In this document: piece after piece, positions 54,527 through 63,150 of the stretch
Layout of the letters: every line of letters begins with the position of its first letter
Position numbering within the stretch: position 1 is the stretch's first letter
Notes under the pieces: generated by a model
Seen by the model: the letters and a program-made list of their open reading frames with translations, nothing else
What the model was told of the DNA's origin: nothing
Databases searched by the model: none
DNA from: a virus
Length of the DNA: 64,000 bases
IMG/VR virus record: IMGVR_UViG_3300015360_000029
Coordinates: 1-64,000 of that record
Direction: 5' to 3' (one strand)
Position numbers and translations under genes: made by a program

Positions 54527-55423
54527 TTAACGAATACCTGCGAGGCGGCGGAGGTTGGCCAGGCTGTCGGATGACGACTTGGTACCTTGGGATTCCACGA
54601 TCGTGACTGGCTCGCCAGTCACGATAGTAGTCTTTGATTCTCTAGCAGTCTTGCTCTCAACGACAACAGCAGGCTTTATAGCAGACTCGTCACCTTCTTT
54701 GAGGATGCGACCGATGAAGAATTTGTAGCTTTCTTCGAGGCGGCTTGTTTCGATGTTCCGAAGGACCATCGCCATTTGCTCGCGCTTCTTGCCCGTCAGT
54801 GCGGACAGAACGGATTCCATCTTTGCTTCACGGATCATCTTGTTCAACTCTTCTTCGCGGATAGCGAGAGCCGTCTCTGCGTCAGCAAGTTTGCTTTCTG
54901 CAACGATAAGCTTCGTTTGAGCTGCGTCTTCGTCAACGTATGTCGTGCCGTATGTCGATGCGAATGCTTCAAAGATCTTGCGACCGAAATCATTCTGCTT
55001 CACTACTTCGAGATCTTCCTTCAGCTCTTCCATCTCAGCGTGAAGGCGCATCTCGAAAAATTGATCGATCTTGTCGACAAGACTGTCGAGTTCGGTGGCA
55101 ACTTCTTCAGCGAGCGCGTGCTTCTCTTCCACGATCTTCTCGGCGTATTCAGCCTCGAGATCACGGAATCGATCGATGTCACCGCGCAGCTCTGCGATTT
55201 CCTTGGTCAGGGCTTCCGAAACGAATTGATCGACTTTATCGATCAGCTCATCACGTTCCCCTGCCCACTGTTCTGCGAGCTCAAGGCGAACTGTTCCTGA
55301 AACTTCTTCGCGGACTTGCGTCTTGAAGGCTTCAACAGAGATCGTCCATTGCTCGGAGAGTTCAGCTTTAGTTTCTTCGCTGAGGAGCTCGGATTTCAGA
55401 AGCTTGTTCAGAATCTCATCCAT
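54527..55423 (-). CDS. gp22: Prohead core scaffold protein
   Basis: Acidic coiled coil, FGRKIFEAF, directly upstream of the capsid gene; ends LRRLAGIR. Confidence 0.85.
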   Translation of the reverse strand: MDEILNKLLKSELLSEETKAELSEQWTISVEAFKTQVREEVSGTVRLELAEQWAGERDELIDKVDQFVSEALTKEIAELRGDIDRFRDLEAEYAEKIVEEKHALAEEVATELDSLVDKIDQFFEMRLHAEMEELKEDLEVVKQNDFGRKIFEAFASTYGTTYVDEDAAQTKLIVAESKLADAETALAIREEELNKMIREAKMESVLSALTGKKREQMAMVLRNIETSRLEESYKFFIGRILKEGDESAIKPAVVVESKTARESKTTIVTGEPVTIVESQGTKSSSDSLANLRRLAGIR

Positions 55424-55530
55424 TGCTTTCTCCTTTGTGTGGTTGATAAATTTCGTAGATCGTCACTGGACAACCTACACTTGGGTTTTAGCGAGACGAT
55501 GATTCAGAATCGAAGTCTCTTCGCATTTCT

Positions 55531-55536
55531 TATTTA
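55531..55536 (-). promoter_or_regulatory. Late promoter motif TAAATA
   Basis: About 105 nt upstream of the scaffold ATG, just after a terminator. Confidence 0.6.
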
Positions 55537-55547
55537 GCAAAATGCAC

Positions 55548-55581
55548 AAAAAAGGCAAAGATTCCAAGCAATCTTTGCCTT
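55548..55581 (-). terminator. Rho-independent terminator
   Basis: aaggcaaagatt-ccaagc-aatctttgcctt hairpin with U-tract on the minus strand. Confidence 0.75.
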
Positions 55582-55601
55582 CGAAGCTCATGTGTATGAG
55601 C

Positions 55602-55787
55602 TTATTCTTTATTAATTTCGTGTTCGATTACTTCAAATTCGCGAGCTTCTGGAGTTTCCGCGCTAAGACCCGAAATTTCACAAGTTTTAAGGACGAAGTA
55701 ATCGTGCATAGTGACCGATGCTTGCTCTTGACGATCATTGATGATGTCTTGCAACATCGACTTCAATACTTCTGAATGTTCGCTCAT
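55602..55787 (-). CDS. Small acidic prohead-core-like protein
   Basis: 61 aa; AAGGA RBS; TAAATA at 55822-27; paralogue of the 37129..37497 N-terminus. Confidence 0.7.
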   Translation of the reverse strand: MSEHSEVLKSMLQDIINDRQEQASVTMHDYFVLKTCEISGLSAETPEAREFEVIEHEINKE

Positions 55788-55821
55788 TGTTGAATCCTTT
55801 TGTTTGTTGATCGGACCAGCG

Positions 55822-55827
55822 TATTTA
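55822..55827 (-). promoter_or_regulatory. Late promoter motif TAAATA
   Basis: Intergenic, upstream of 55787. Confidence 0.55.
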
Positions 55828-55848
55828 GTAGCGCTGAAAGATCAAATC

Positions 55849-56286
55849 TTAGCGCGATGCGTCCTTGCCACCATCGTCGTATCCAGCTTCGTACGCATCT
55901 GAAACCGAATCACGAATGGCCTTCTGCACATCGCCGTTCCCAACTGTCAGACCAAGCTTCTTCAAAGCTGCTGAGAGTTCGCCGCAAACGATATTGACAG
56001 CTCCAGCCTTCTTGCCAGCGGCACCTTCGGAAATGATCCCGGCCAAGGCGAGCAATCGCACTTGATCTTCTTTCATCAACTTTGGTTTTGGAGCTTCCTT
56101 CTCGCCGATCATCGATGCGATCATCGAGCAGATCTCGTCGCCAGTGAGTGAATCTGGTTCGCCAGTGATGTAGTCATCCATTTCCTTGGCATAGAAGTCC
56201 GCGAACTTCTGCGAGCCCAGCATGCCGAGTGTTCCGAGAACTGGCTTCGACCAGGCGCGCTTTGGTTTGTAACTTTTGAATGGCAT
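55849..56286 (-). CDS. Hypothetical head-cluster protein with RLLALAG motif
   Basis: 145 aa between protease and scaffold genes. Confidence 0.65.
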   Translation of the reverse strand: MPFKSYKPKRAWSKPVLGTLGMLGSQKFADFYAKEMDDYITGEPDSLTGDEICSMIASMIGEKEAPKPKLMKEDQVRLLALAGIISEGAAGKKAGAVNIVCGELSAALKKLGLTVGNGDVQKAIRDSVSDAYEAGYDDGGKDASR

Positions 56287-56289
56287 GAT

Positions 56290-56499
56290 TTATCCTTTGA
56301 GAACTTGAGTGATTGGGGAGGTCAATGAGCAGGTGCGCTTGACACCAGGTGTATCAGCAGCTGAATCCTTCGTGAAGCCAAGGGTGCGAACGGCAGCAGC
56401 GAGCGAAGCAAGAATGCTAGCAGCAGGATCTTTAGCTTCTTCGAGCTGCGCCGCCTCAAAGAGGCCGGCGAGTTCGAGTGTGCGAGCAAGTTGATTCAT
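56290..56499 (-). CDS. Hypothetical head-cluster protein with RTLELAG motif
   Basis: 69 aa directly downstream of the protease. Confidence 0.6.
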   Translation of the reverse strand: MNQLARTLELAGLFEAAQLEEAKDPAASILASLAAAVRTLGFTKDSAADTPGVKRTCSLTSPITQVLKG

Positions 56500-56501
56500 G
56501 A

Positions 56502-57110
56502 TTACTTTCGAAACTTGAGCGATTCAAGGAACGTCTTGATCTCTTTGGCGAAGTGCTTCTGTGCCTTCGGATCATGAACCATTGCTTCAGCCAGAGTCAG
56601 AATCTTCTTCGAGCCCATGGCTTCTTGAACGACGTTCGGGTACGCTTCAGGTGCCGATGGCTGGTACACGATGTCAACTGTGACGAAGCTGAAGTCCGAA
56701 ACCGAACCGCCTTCATTCACGTTCCCAGTCCCGCGGGACGAGACACCGAGACGAACGCCACCTTCAATCAAACCCTTGGCGATGTTCCCTGAAGGTGTAT
56801 TGAGAAGTTTCATCTTGCCCAGAGCGTTCGCACCATCCATTCGAACTTCTGTGATCGCATGCGAAACGTTCGCAAGGTTGATCGACAGAACATCAGGGTG
56901 ATTGAGTTCGCCGAGGATGTAATGACCTTCGGTGATTCGTTTCGATGCCGTTTCGACTGCCTTTGAGATCTCGGCGAGCGGATACTTCCGACCATTGCCA
57001 TTGACGAGGTCAGCTTGCATCATGATGCCAGACAAGTACAGATCGTTCCCGCGCTTCATCTCAGTCAGCATTGCTGCAACTGGTGACAGGTCTTCGGAGA
57101 GTAGTTTCAT
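56502..57110 (-). CDS. gp21: Prohead protease
   Basis: NGNGRKY, LGELNHP, LGVSSRGTG, TVDIV.QPSAP.A. Confidence 0.95.
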   Translation of the reverse strand: MKLLSEDLSPVAAMLTEMKRGNDLYLSGIMMQADLVNGNGRKYPLAEISKAVETASKRITEGHYILGELNHPDVLSINLANVSHAITEVRMDGANALGKMKLLNTPSGNIAKGLIEGGVRLGVSSRGTGNVNEGGSVSDFSFVTVDIVYQPSAPEAYPNVVQEAMGSKKILTLAEAMVHDPKAQKHFAKEIKTFLESLKFRK

Positions 57111-57187
57111 TTGTGATCCTTATTCGGAAACGGCATCGACGCGACCAGCTGTACGCCAGCCAAAAAATTAATACGATAGAGTTCCAT
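57107..57187 (-). CDS. 26-aa peptide with RINFLAG motif
   Basis: Not in the ORF track. AGGAGG RBS, MELYRINFLAGVQLVASMPFPNKDHK, TGA overlapping the protease ATG; TAAATA at 57209-14. Confidence 0.6.
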   Translation of the reverse strand: MELYRINFLAGVQLVASMPFPNKDHK

Positions 57188-57208
57188 TATGCCTCCTAAA
57201 TGATCATG

Positions 57209-57214
57209 TATTTA
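57209..57214 (-). promoter_or_regulatory. Late promoter motif TAAATA
   Basis: Immediately after the portal stop. Confidence 0.55.
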
Positions 57215-57216
57215 GT

Positions 57217-58896
57217 TCAAACAGCGGGAGGAGGCTCAACTCTAGCACCGGTTGCAGGCTCTTCTGCTGGTTCTTCAGGTGCTGCGCTGAAGAAATCACC
57301 AGGTGCAGGAAGCTCACTGCCAGCGCTAAAGTCTTCTTCGCTACCAGGGTCTCCACCAATTTCAGCTTCGGCAGCGCTGCTTTCAACTTTCTGAGCTTCA
57401 CGGTTCTCGTACACGGCTGGGTCATAGATTTGTTGCAATTCTGAGATGTTCGATGTCCCCGAGATCATACGCTCCTCTTTGAGCATCACTTCGTTCATCT
57501 GGATCTCGTCATCGGTCAGACCGAGGTAACGCTTCAGAATGAATCGGCGGCTCAAGTACTTAGTACCTTCAATGTTGTTGAATGAACCGATCAGATCTGC
57601 GTCAAGAGCAGCTTGACGGTACAAAGCGAAGTTCGCTGGATCAGGAAGTTTGATCTTAAAAATTTCGTCGTCGATCTTCAGACCAACAACTTTCAAGTAC
57701 ACCTTGAATTCTTGATCAATGATTTCTTCGATACGATCTTGAAGGCGCATCACAAAATTCGCGAATCGCAATTCTTCAATGTATGCAATTCCGACCTTAC
57801 CGTCATTCGTTGCAGCTCCTGCCTGTCCTTCGGCCCCAGTTCCCATGTACGATGTTGGGATTCGAAGACCGCGGAACACTTTGTTCTGAAAGTACGCGAG
57901 CAAATTTGTACCGAAATCTTCAGTACCACCAGGCAACGTTTCAACACGTGACCCACGTCCTGATGATGTTACAGGAAAAAACAGATCTTCTTGAATCGAC
58001 GTCGGATCGTATGCACCGTCAACCGTATCCTTGCCACCAGCTGATGTTGGCGATCGTTTCTGACGAATTTCATTCTTGATCTGCTCAAGGTATTGTTTCA
58101 CTCGTTGTGGCGGCAAGTTTCCTGTGTCAACGTAGAACACACGACGTTCTGGGGCACGAACAATTCTGTAAATGATAACTGCGTCTTCAATCATCGCAAG
58201 CTGACGATACACCCTATAAATCGGTTGCAGTACAGAAGCGCCGAACGGGGCAGAATATCCCATATCATCGGACATCGTGATGTGAATCATTGCCGCCGCT
58301 GGAATAATCTGTAGCTCTTCGTTCTTAGGTGAATACGGGTTCTGAACGCCTGTGTTCGCCTTCTTCACATGATAGCTGATCTTATCGCCGAGTTCATTGA
58401 TCTCAATCCCGTGCACAAGCGATGGATCAACGTATTTCCATTTCTTCGTATCGGAAGTCTTTTGAAAGAAGCAATCGCCGTATTTGATCAAACAACGAGC
58501 GATGCTGAATAATCGTTTGTTGAAATCTTGAATTTCTGCCCATTGTCGAAGAGCTTGTCGAAGAGTAACTGATGTCGAATCGCTGATGTCTTGATTGTCT
58601 TCTTTCTGGTATTCAATTATGAACGGAAGATTTGTTTTGCTTTCTTTGCCAGACATTTCTTCTGCAATGATGTCAAGTGATCGTGAGATGTCAATGTCAG
58701 TGTCCATAGCATCGTACTGTTTGTACGACTGTGAGCGCGAGCCAGGTCCTCGCAAGACTTGCGAGTACCATTGGATCGACGACAACGAAGAGACATCTGT
58801 CTTTCGCGGGTCATACGCATCGGTTGCAAGCGAAGTGTACATCTGCTTCCGCGAAGCAGGTGTAATGATTCGCCAGTAGTTTGAAAATTGTGACAC
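57217..58896 (-). CDS. gp20: Portal vertex protein
   Basis: QL.MIEDAVIIYRIVRAPERRVFYVDTGNLP, EDLFFP, RGSRVETLPGG, EELRFA.FV.RLQ; GTG start. Confidence 0.95.
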   Translation of the reverse strand: MSQFSNYWRIITPASRKQMYTSLATDAYDPRKTDVSSLSSIQWYSQVLRGPGSRSQSYKQYDAMDTDIDISRSLDIIAEEMSGKESKTNLPFIIEYQKEDNQDISDSTSVTLRQALRQWAEIQDFNKRLFSIARCLIKYGDCFFQKTSDTKKWKYVDPSLVHGIEINELGDKISYHVKKANTGVQNPYSPKNEELQIIPAAAMIHITMSDDMGYSAPFGASVLQPIYRVYRQLAMIEDAVIIYRIVRAPERRVFYVDTGNLPPQRVKQYLEQIKNEIRQKRSPTSAGGKDTVDGAYDPTSIQEDLFFPVTSSGRGSRVETLPGGTEDFGTNLLAYFQNKVFRGLRIPTSYMGTGAEGQAGAATNDGKVGIAYIEELRFANFVMRLQDRIEEIIDQEFKVYLKVVGLKIDDEIFKIKLPDPANFALYRQAALDADLIGSFNNIEGTKYLSRRFILKRYLGLTDDEIQMNEVMLKEERMISGTSNISELQQIYDPAVYENREAQKVESSAAEAEIGGDPGSEEDFSAGSELPAPGDFFSAAPEEPAEEPATGARVEPPPAV

Positions 58897-58909
58897 GTTG
58901 TTCCCTACA

Positions 58910-61900
58910 TTAAGACTGTGCTAAAACAGCTCTATTCATGAAACGATTATCAGGTAAACGGGATTGAAACGCTGGTGCACGAAGCATCTGGGCAGCAATC
59001 TCGATTTGAGCATTCTCTGCAATTAAAGTTTGTTGAAGAACTACAAGAATTTGCTGAAGCGTACTTCCTTGATCTGAACCTGAAATAGCACTTGGTGTTG
59101 CAGCCTGAGTTTGATCCAGTGTTTGAACTATAGCCTGCGGTGCTATAGTATTTACGGGTACAGGAATGACTGAGGTTACAGCTGTTGGAGGAAGAGTTGC
59201 AATAATAGAAGGGGTTGTACTCACAGGCGAAGATTCGATCTTAGCAGCACTAGAAGGGGTTGTACTCACAGGCGAAGATTCGATCTTAGCAGCACTAGCG
59301 TTCTCTGCTTCTTTCTTTTTCTGCTCAGGTGTTTTCTGACTTTCAACACGAGCTGCAATTTTCTTATCAGATACTTTTGAATAAGATTCAGCTGTCTGAG
59401 TTGCATTTTCAGTTAACGATCTTAAATTCGATGTTGAAACAACTGTTACCCCAGCGCCAGCACGACTTTCTTTTGTGAGTTCAATTGTGTTCGTCTTTGT
59501 TGCTTCTGTGTTCTTCGCGATTTCCTTCGCGCGCTTATCTTCGTCAGATTCCAGACCTGCCCACCACGTGCCGATAGATTTGCCGACCGTTCCGCCAATG
59601 GACGAACCAATAGCGACGCCAATTGGTCCACCGAAAGCGCCAGCGAGGCCGCCGACGATGGAACCGACAGTCCCGCCAACACCTTCAGCAACAGCTTGTT
59701 TCTTCAGCTTTTCAACATCACCGTCACCACCATTCTCTGGCTTCGCCCGCTCTTCAGCTGAGTTGTAATCCATCAAGGCCATTCCGCCATAAAGAGCGGC
59801 CGCAACGACTCCGGCTTTTCCGATGTTCTTTATATTCGCGCCGATACCTCTTCCACCTCTTCCGCCCAGTACATCGGGGCCACCGAGGCCTGCGGCGTAT
59901 CGAGCAACAGCCCTACCAATAAGATCGGCCTGCGCTACAAGGTAAGCTGATCCAGCAAGGACAGCAAGGAGACCAGCACCAGCCATGAACAACGGACTCT
60001 TAGTCATTCCTTCAAATGCTGCCCAAGCTTTACCCAATGTGATCTCTAAATCGGATAAGGTCTTGTTTATGTCTTTTTGCTTTTGGGGTCCAGTTTGTTC
60101 CTGTGCGCGTACAGACATCGCTGCATCTATGTCCTTTTGCACCCCAGCTTCTTGAAGCTTGTCACCCATTGCTTCAACTTGGAACTGCATCCCTGGCCCG
60201 CCAGTCTGCTTCAGCTCTTCGGACCGTTGCCCGTATTCACCAAGGATTCGCGTATATTCTTTTTGTTCAACATCCGTCTTGTTTCGAATGCTTGCGAGCT
60301 CTTGCGCTCGAGCGACCTTGTCTGGGCTCATTCCGACAAGAGACATGGCTTGTCCCAAACGGCCACGCTGTTGGAATCGCTCTTTGACCGTTGATTTCCG
60401 TTGTGCCAGAATCGAATCCGTCAGTGCGCGCTGTGCTGATTCTGAAAGGCCAAGTTGCTTACCCCATGCTGTTGTTTGAGCAATTTGAGTCAAACGCTTT
60501 TGACGATCTTCTGGCGCAAGACCGATCAATTCTTTCTGAACAATTTCGGACTCGTGAAGTTGCTTTATCAAATCGCCAAATGACTCTGCCGTAAGACCTA
60601 CAGATTTTCGTAGATTTTCAAAGACACTCATTTGACCTGTCACTGACTTCGAAAGGTCTGTAACTGGAATGCCGAGCGATTGAGCGCCACCAGCCATCGC
60701 CATCGAAAGACGAGTAGCATCTTCGCCGAACACTCCGAACTTTTCAAGAGCATCTCGACCGACATCAAGTTGCTTGTCGAATTCTTCGAAACTTCCTGAA
60801 CGTGAAACAAGACCCATGTTCTCGTCCATCATCTTCGTATAATCACGAAGTGACATCCCAGCCATTGCAGCATTCACCGACAAGGTGGTCAAATTCGAAG
60901 TGAATACTCCATATCCACGAGACCCAGTTACTTCAAAAGCATCTTCAGCAACGGCAACTAAGTTGTTCAATAAATTGCTTCGAAGCTCGTCGAAAATTTT
61001 GATGAAGCCAGTCTTCAAACCGCCAAAGAAAGTCTTCTTGCCTTTATCGCTGCCGTCTGGACTTGAAAGATCACCGCCATCACGACCATCGCCGCCACCA
61101 CCCGCGCCTCCGCCGTTCTTCAAAATAGCGCGAGTTGCTCGAAGTTGAGCATTCACGGCTCTCAATAGAAGTTCCATTCTTGAAAGATGTGTTCCTATCC
61201 CGCCCCTGCGAGTCATTGATGAAACCAACACACCGAGACCTGCGCCGAGCGTAGAGAATGCGGCCGAAACGCCTGGAGCTTTCAACATCGTGGCGAAGGA
61301 ATCGATAGCAAGATTCGTGCCAAGAAGCTTAAGTCGCATTTTGTCGAATCTAGGATTGATCTTTTCGTCAAGAATTTTATTCAGCTTGTCGAAGTTTGTG
61401 GTGATTGCAGAAGTATCGATTGCTCCGACTGGTGTGCTGCTGATAGTTGCTGCAGCTGCAGCAACAGCTGATTGTAGTGTATCGAACGAAGTGCTGAAAT
61501 CGATGTTCGTCAGCTGAGTTCTAGCAGTAGTGAAGCTTGTGAAGGCACTTCCAAATGCCCCAGTTAAACTATGCAATCCGCTGGCGCTAAGTCCAGATTG
61601 TTCCGTGAATTTTTCGAGACTGGTCTTTCCAAAATCGGATTGTGTTTGAAGATCCTTTAAGCTGTTGACACTGACGTCAGTTTGCTCCTTCAGCTTCTCT
61701 AAACCAGTTGATCCAAAATCGGCTCTATCTTTCAGGTTCTTCAGGCCACCTGCCCCTTCATCGGTTTGCTTCTTGAATTTCGATAACGAATTTTCAGCAC
61801 CAAGGGCCTTGTTCCCAAGTCGATGAATAGCTTTCGATGTTGCAATGATTGATTCCCGAAGAGCCTTCTCCTGTCCAGCATTCACACGACCAGCTGAAAC

Positions 61901-62026
61901 AGAAGTTCGTGGAGTCGTTCCACCACCCTGCTGTCCGCCTGGGAATGCGTTTTGCATCAAGCGTTTCAATTCAATCAGAGTTTTTTCTGTCGCTGGTGCG
62001 TTTGGCTCTAACATCCTAGGACCCAT
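58910..62026 (-). CDS. Probable tape measure / tail-length protein
   Basis: 1038 aa, helical Ala/Gly-rich, hydrophobic segments and glycine zipper GGLAGAFGGPIGVAIG; divergent from the gp26-like gene. Confidence 0.6.
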   Translation of the reverse strand: MGPRMLEPNAPATEKTLIELKRLMQNAFPGGQQGGGTTPRTSVSAGRVNAGQEKALRESIIATSKAIHRLGNKALGAENSLSKFKKQTDEGAGGLKNLKDRADFGSTGLEKLKEQTDVSVNSLKDLQTQSDFGKTSLEKFTEQSGLSASGLHSLTGAFGSAFTSFTTARTQLTNIDFSTSFDTLQSAVAAAAATISSTPVGAIDTSAITTNFDKLNKILDEKINPRFDKMRLKLLGTNLAIDSFATMLKAPGVSAAFSTLGAGLGVLVSSMTRRGGIGTHLSRMELLLRAVNAQLRATRAILKNGGGAGGGGDGRDGGDLSSPDGSDKGKKTFFGGLKTGFIKIFDELRSNLLNNLVAVAEDAFEVTGSRGYGVFTSNLTTLSVNAAMAGMSLRDYTKMMDENMGLVSRSGSFEEFDKQLDVGRDALEKFGVFGEDATRLSMAMAGGAQSLGIPVTDLSKSVTGQMSVFENLRKSVGLTAESFGDLIKQLHESEIVQKELIGLAPEDRQKRLTQIAQTTAWGKQLGLSESAQRALTDSILAQRKSTVKERFQQRGRLGQAMSLVGMSPDKVARAQELASIRNKTDVEQKEYTRILGEYGQRSEELKQTGGPGMQFQVEAMGDKLQEAGVQKDIDAAMSVRAQEQTGPQKQKDINKTLSDLEITLGKAWAAFEGMTKSPLFMAGAGLLAVLAGSAYLVAQADLIGRAVARYAAGLGGPDVLGGRGGRGIGANIKNIGKAGVVAAALYGGMALMDYNSAEERAKPENGGDGDVEKLKKQAVAEGVGGTVGSIVGGLAGAFGGPIGVAIGSSIGGTVGKSIGTWWAGLESDEDKRAKEIAKNTEATKTNTIELTKESRAGAGVTVVSTSNLRSLTENATQTAESYSKVSDKKIAARVESQKTPEQKKKEAENASAAKIESSPVSTTPSSAAKIESSPVSTTPSIIATLPPTAVTSVIPVPVNTIAPQAIVQTLDQTQAATPSAISGSDQGSTLQQILVVLQQTLIAENAQIEIAAQMLRAPAFQSRLPDNRFMNRAVLAQS
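59206..59298. repeat. Perfect 45-bp tandem duplication (in-frame, SAAKIESSPVSTTPS x2)
   Basis: tagaaggggttgtactcacaggcgaagattcgatcttagcagcac at 59206-59250 and 59251-59295. Confidence 0.95.
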
Positions 62027-62050
62027 TCTTTTGCTGTAAACCTGAAGTCA

Positions 62051-62077
62051 TAAATACATTTCAGATACCTCTATTTA
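62051..62077. promoter_or_regulatory. Face-to-face pair of TAAATA late promoters
   Basis: taaata (+, 62051-56) and tattta (-, 62072-77) between divergent genes. Confidence 0.6.
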
Positions 62078-62096
62078 GTGACAGGAGCAAACCCAT

Positions 62097-62882
62097 ATGT
62101 CTGACTCAAATACGAACCCCCTTCTTACGAAGCTGAAACTTCCAGGCAGAACATTTCAACTCCCGTCACGCGGCGCTCTGTATAAGAATGGCGAACTTGG
62201 CAGCGAAGAAGGTGAAATCCACGTTCATTCACTTTCAGCTCTTGCAGAAATTAACCTGAAAAATCCAGATTTGTTATTCAACGGAAAAGCGATCGAAGCT
62301 GTGTTCGCAGAATGTATCCCAGAAATCAAAAAAGGAACGCTACTATACGGTCGTGACATCGACGCGATCATGTATTATCTTCGAATCGTTACGTATGGAC
62401 CGCAGTTCCAGATCAACGTGAAGCATACATGTGATGGAGCGAAAGATCATTCGTATATTGTCGACCTCGAGCAGAAACTTCAAGAGATGGTATTTCTTGA
62501 TCCAATGCTTGCTGAAAAGAATTTTGTTGCAACGATGCCAAATGGACAGATCGTAAAGGTGCACCCGATTCGATTCGAGCATATGATCAAGCTATTCCAG
62601 CTGAATGCTGGAAAGCAAGAATTCACTTCTGACGATCAGAAGAAGAACCTCGTGTTCAACTTGACAAGCGTAATCGAAGAAATCGACGGTATTACTGATC
62701 GCGCTCACATTGAAGAATGGGTGCGAGCTGTAAGCTCGCCATATCACAATCGAATTACTGAAGCGATTGAACGTACGAATGAATGGGGTCCTGCATCAAC
62801 GTCAAAATTGAAGTGCAAGGATTGTGGTGAAATTATTGAAGTAGAACTTCCGCTGAATCCTATTTCTTTTTTCACAGAATGA
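62097..62882 (+). CDS. gp26: Baseplate hub subunit / assembly protein
   Basis: NPL.....P.....LPSRG..Y, E..LKNPD.LFNG, DID.I...LRI.TYG, C-terminal CKDC...LNP.SFF. Confidence 0.75.
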   Translation: MSDSNTNPLLTKLKLPGRTFQLPSRGALYKNGELGSEEGEIHVHSLSALAEINLKNPDLLFNGKAIEAVFAECIPEIKKGTLLYGRDIDAIMYYLRIVTYGPQFQINVKHTCDGAKDHSYIVDLEQKLQEMVFLDPMLAEKNFVATMPNGQIVKVHPIRFEHMIKLFQLNAGKQEFTSDDQKKNLVFNLTSVIEEIDGITDRAHIEEWVRAVSSPYHNRITEAIERTNEWGPASTSKLKCKDCGEIIEVELPLNPISFFTE

Positions 62883-63103
62883 TCATGAGCGGCGATACAA
62901 GCAGGATCGCCGAGATGATCAATTCGATGGCAACAGATGTTCGGAACCTGCTTAAACAAGCTTTTGAGATCGCGTGGTATTCTAGAGGATCAATCCAATA
63001 CGAGACAGCTTTAGGAATGTCCCCGCTCGAGCGAGATATTGCAATTACGTTTGTAAATGATCGTCTGGAAATGCAGAAAAAGAATCCACACCCTGTGTAC
63101 TAA
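62879..63103 (+). CDS. Baseplate hub assembly catalyst (gp51-like)
   Basis: 74 aa; WY.RG.I.YE....MSP.ER; coupled to the gp26-like gene. Confidence 0.6.
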   Translation: MIMSGDTSRIAEMINSMATDVRNLLKQAFEIAWYSRGSIQYETALGMSPLERDIAITFVNDRLEMQKKNPHPVY

Positions 63104-63108
63104 TTGCA

Positions 63109-63114
63109 TAAATA
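63109..63114 (+). promoter_or_regulatory. Late promoter motif TAAATA
   Basis: Intergenic, upstream of ATG 63151. Confidence 0.55.
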
Positions 63115-63150
63115 AATCTCAACACTCAGACTCAGACTCGGACTGTACAC

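Noticed and set aside
59206-59298. CRISPR-like repeat
   Set aside because: Two adjacent copies with no spacer, in frame within a CDS; no cas genes
63124-63144. actcag-actcag-actcgg short tandem repeat
   Set aside because: Too short and seen only once; no function supportable
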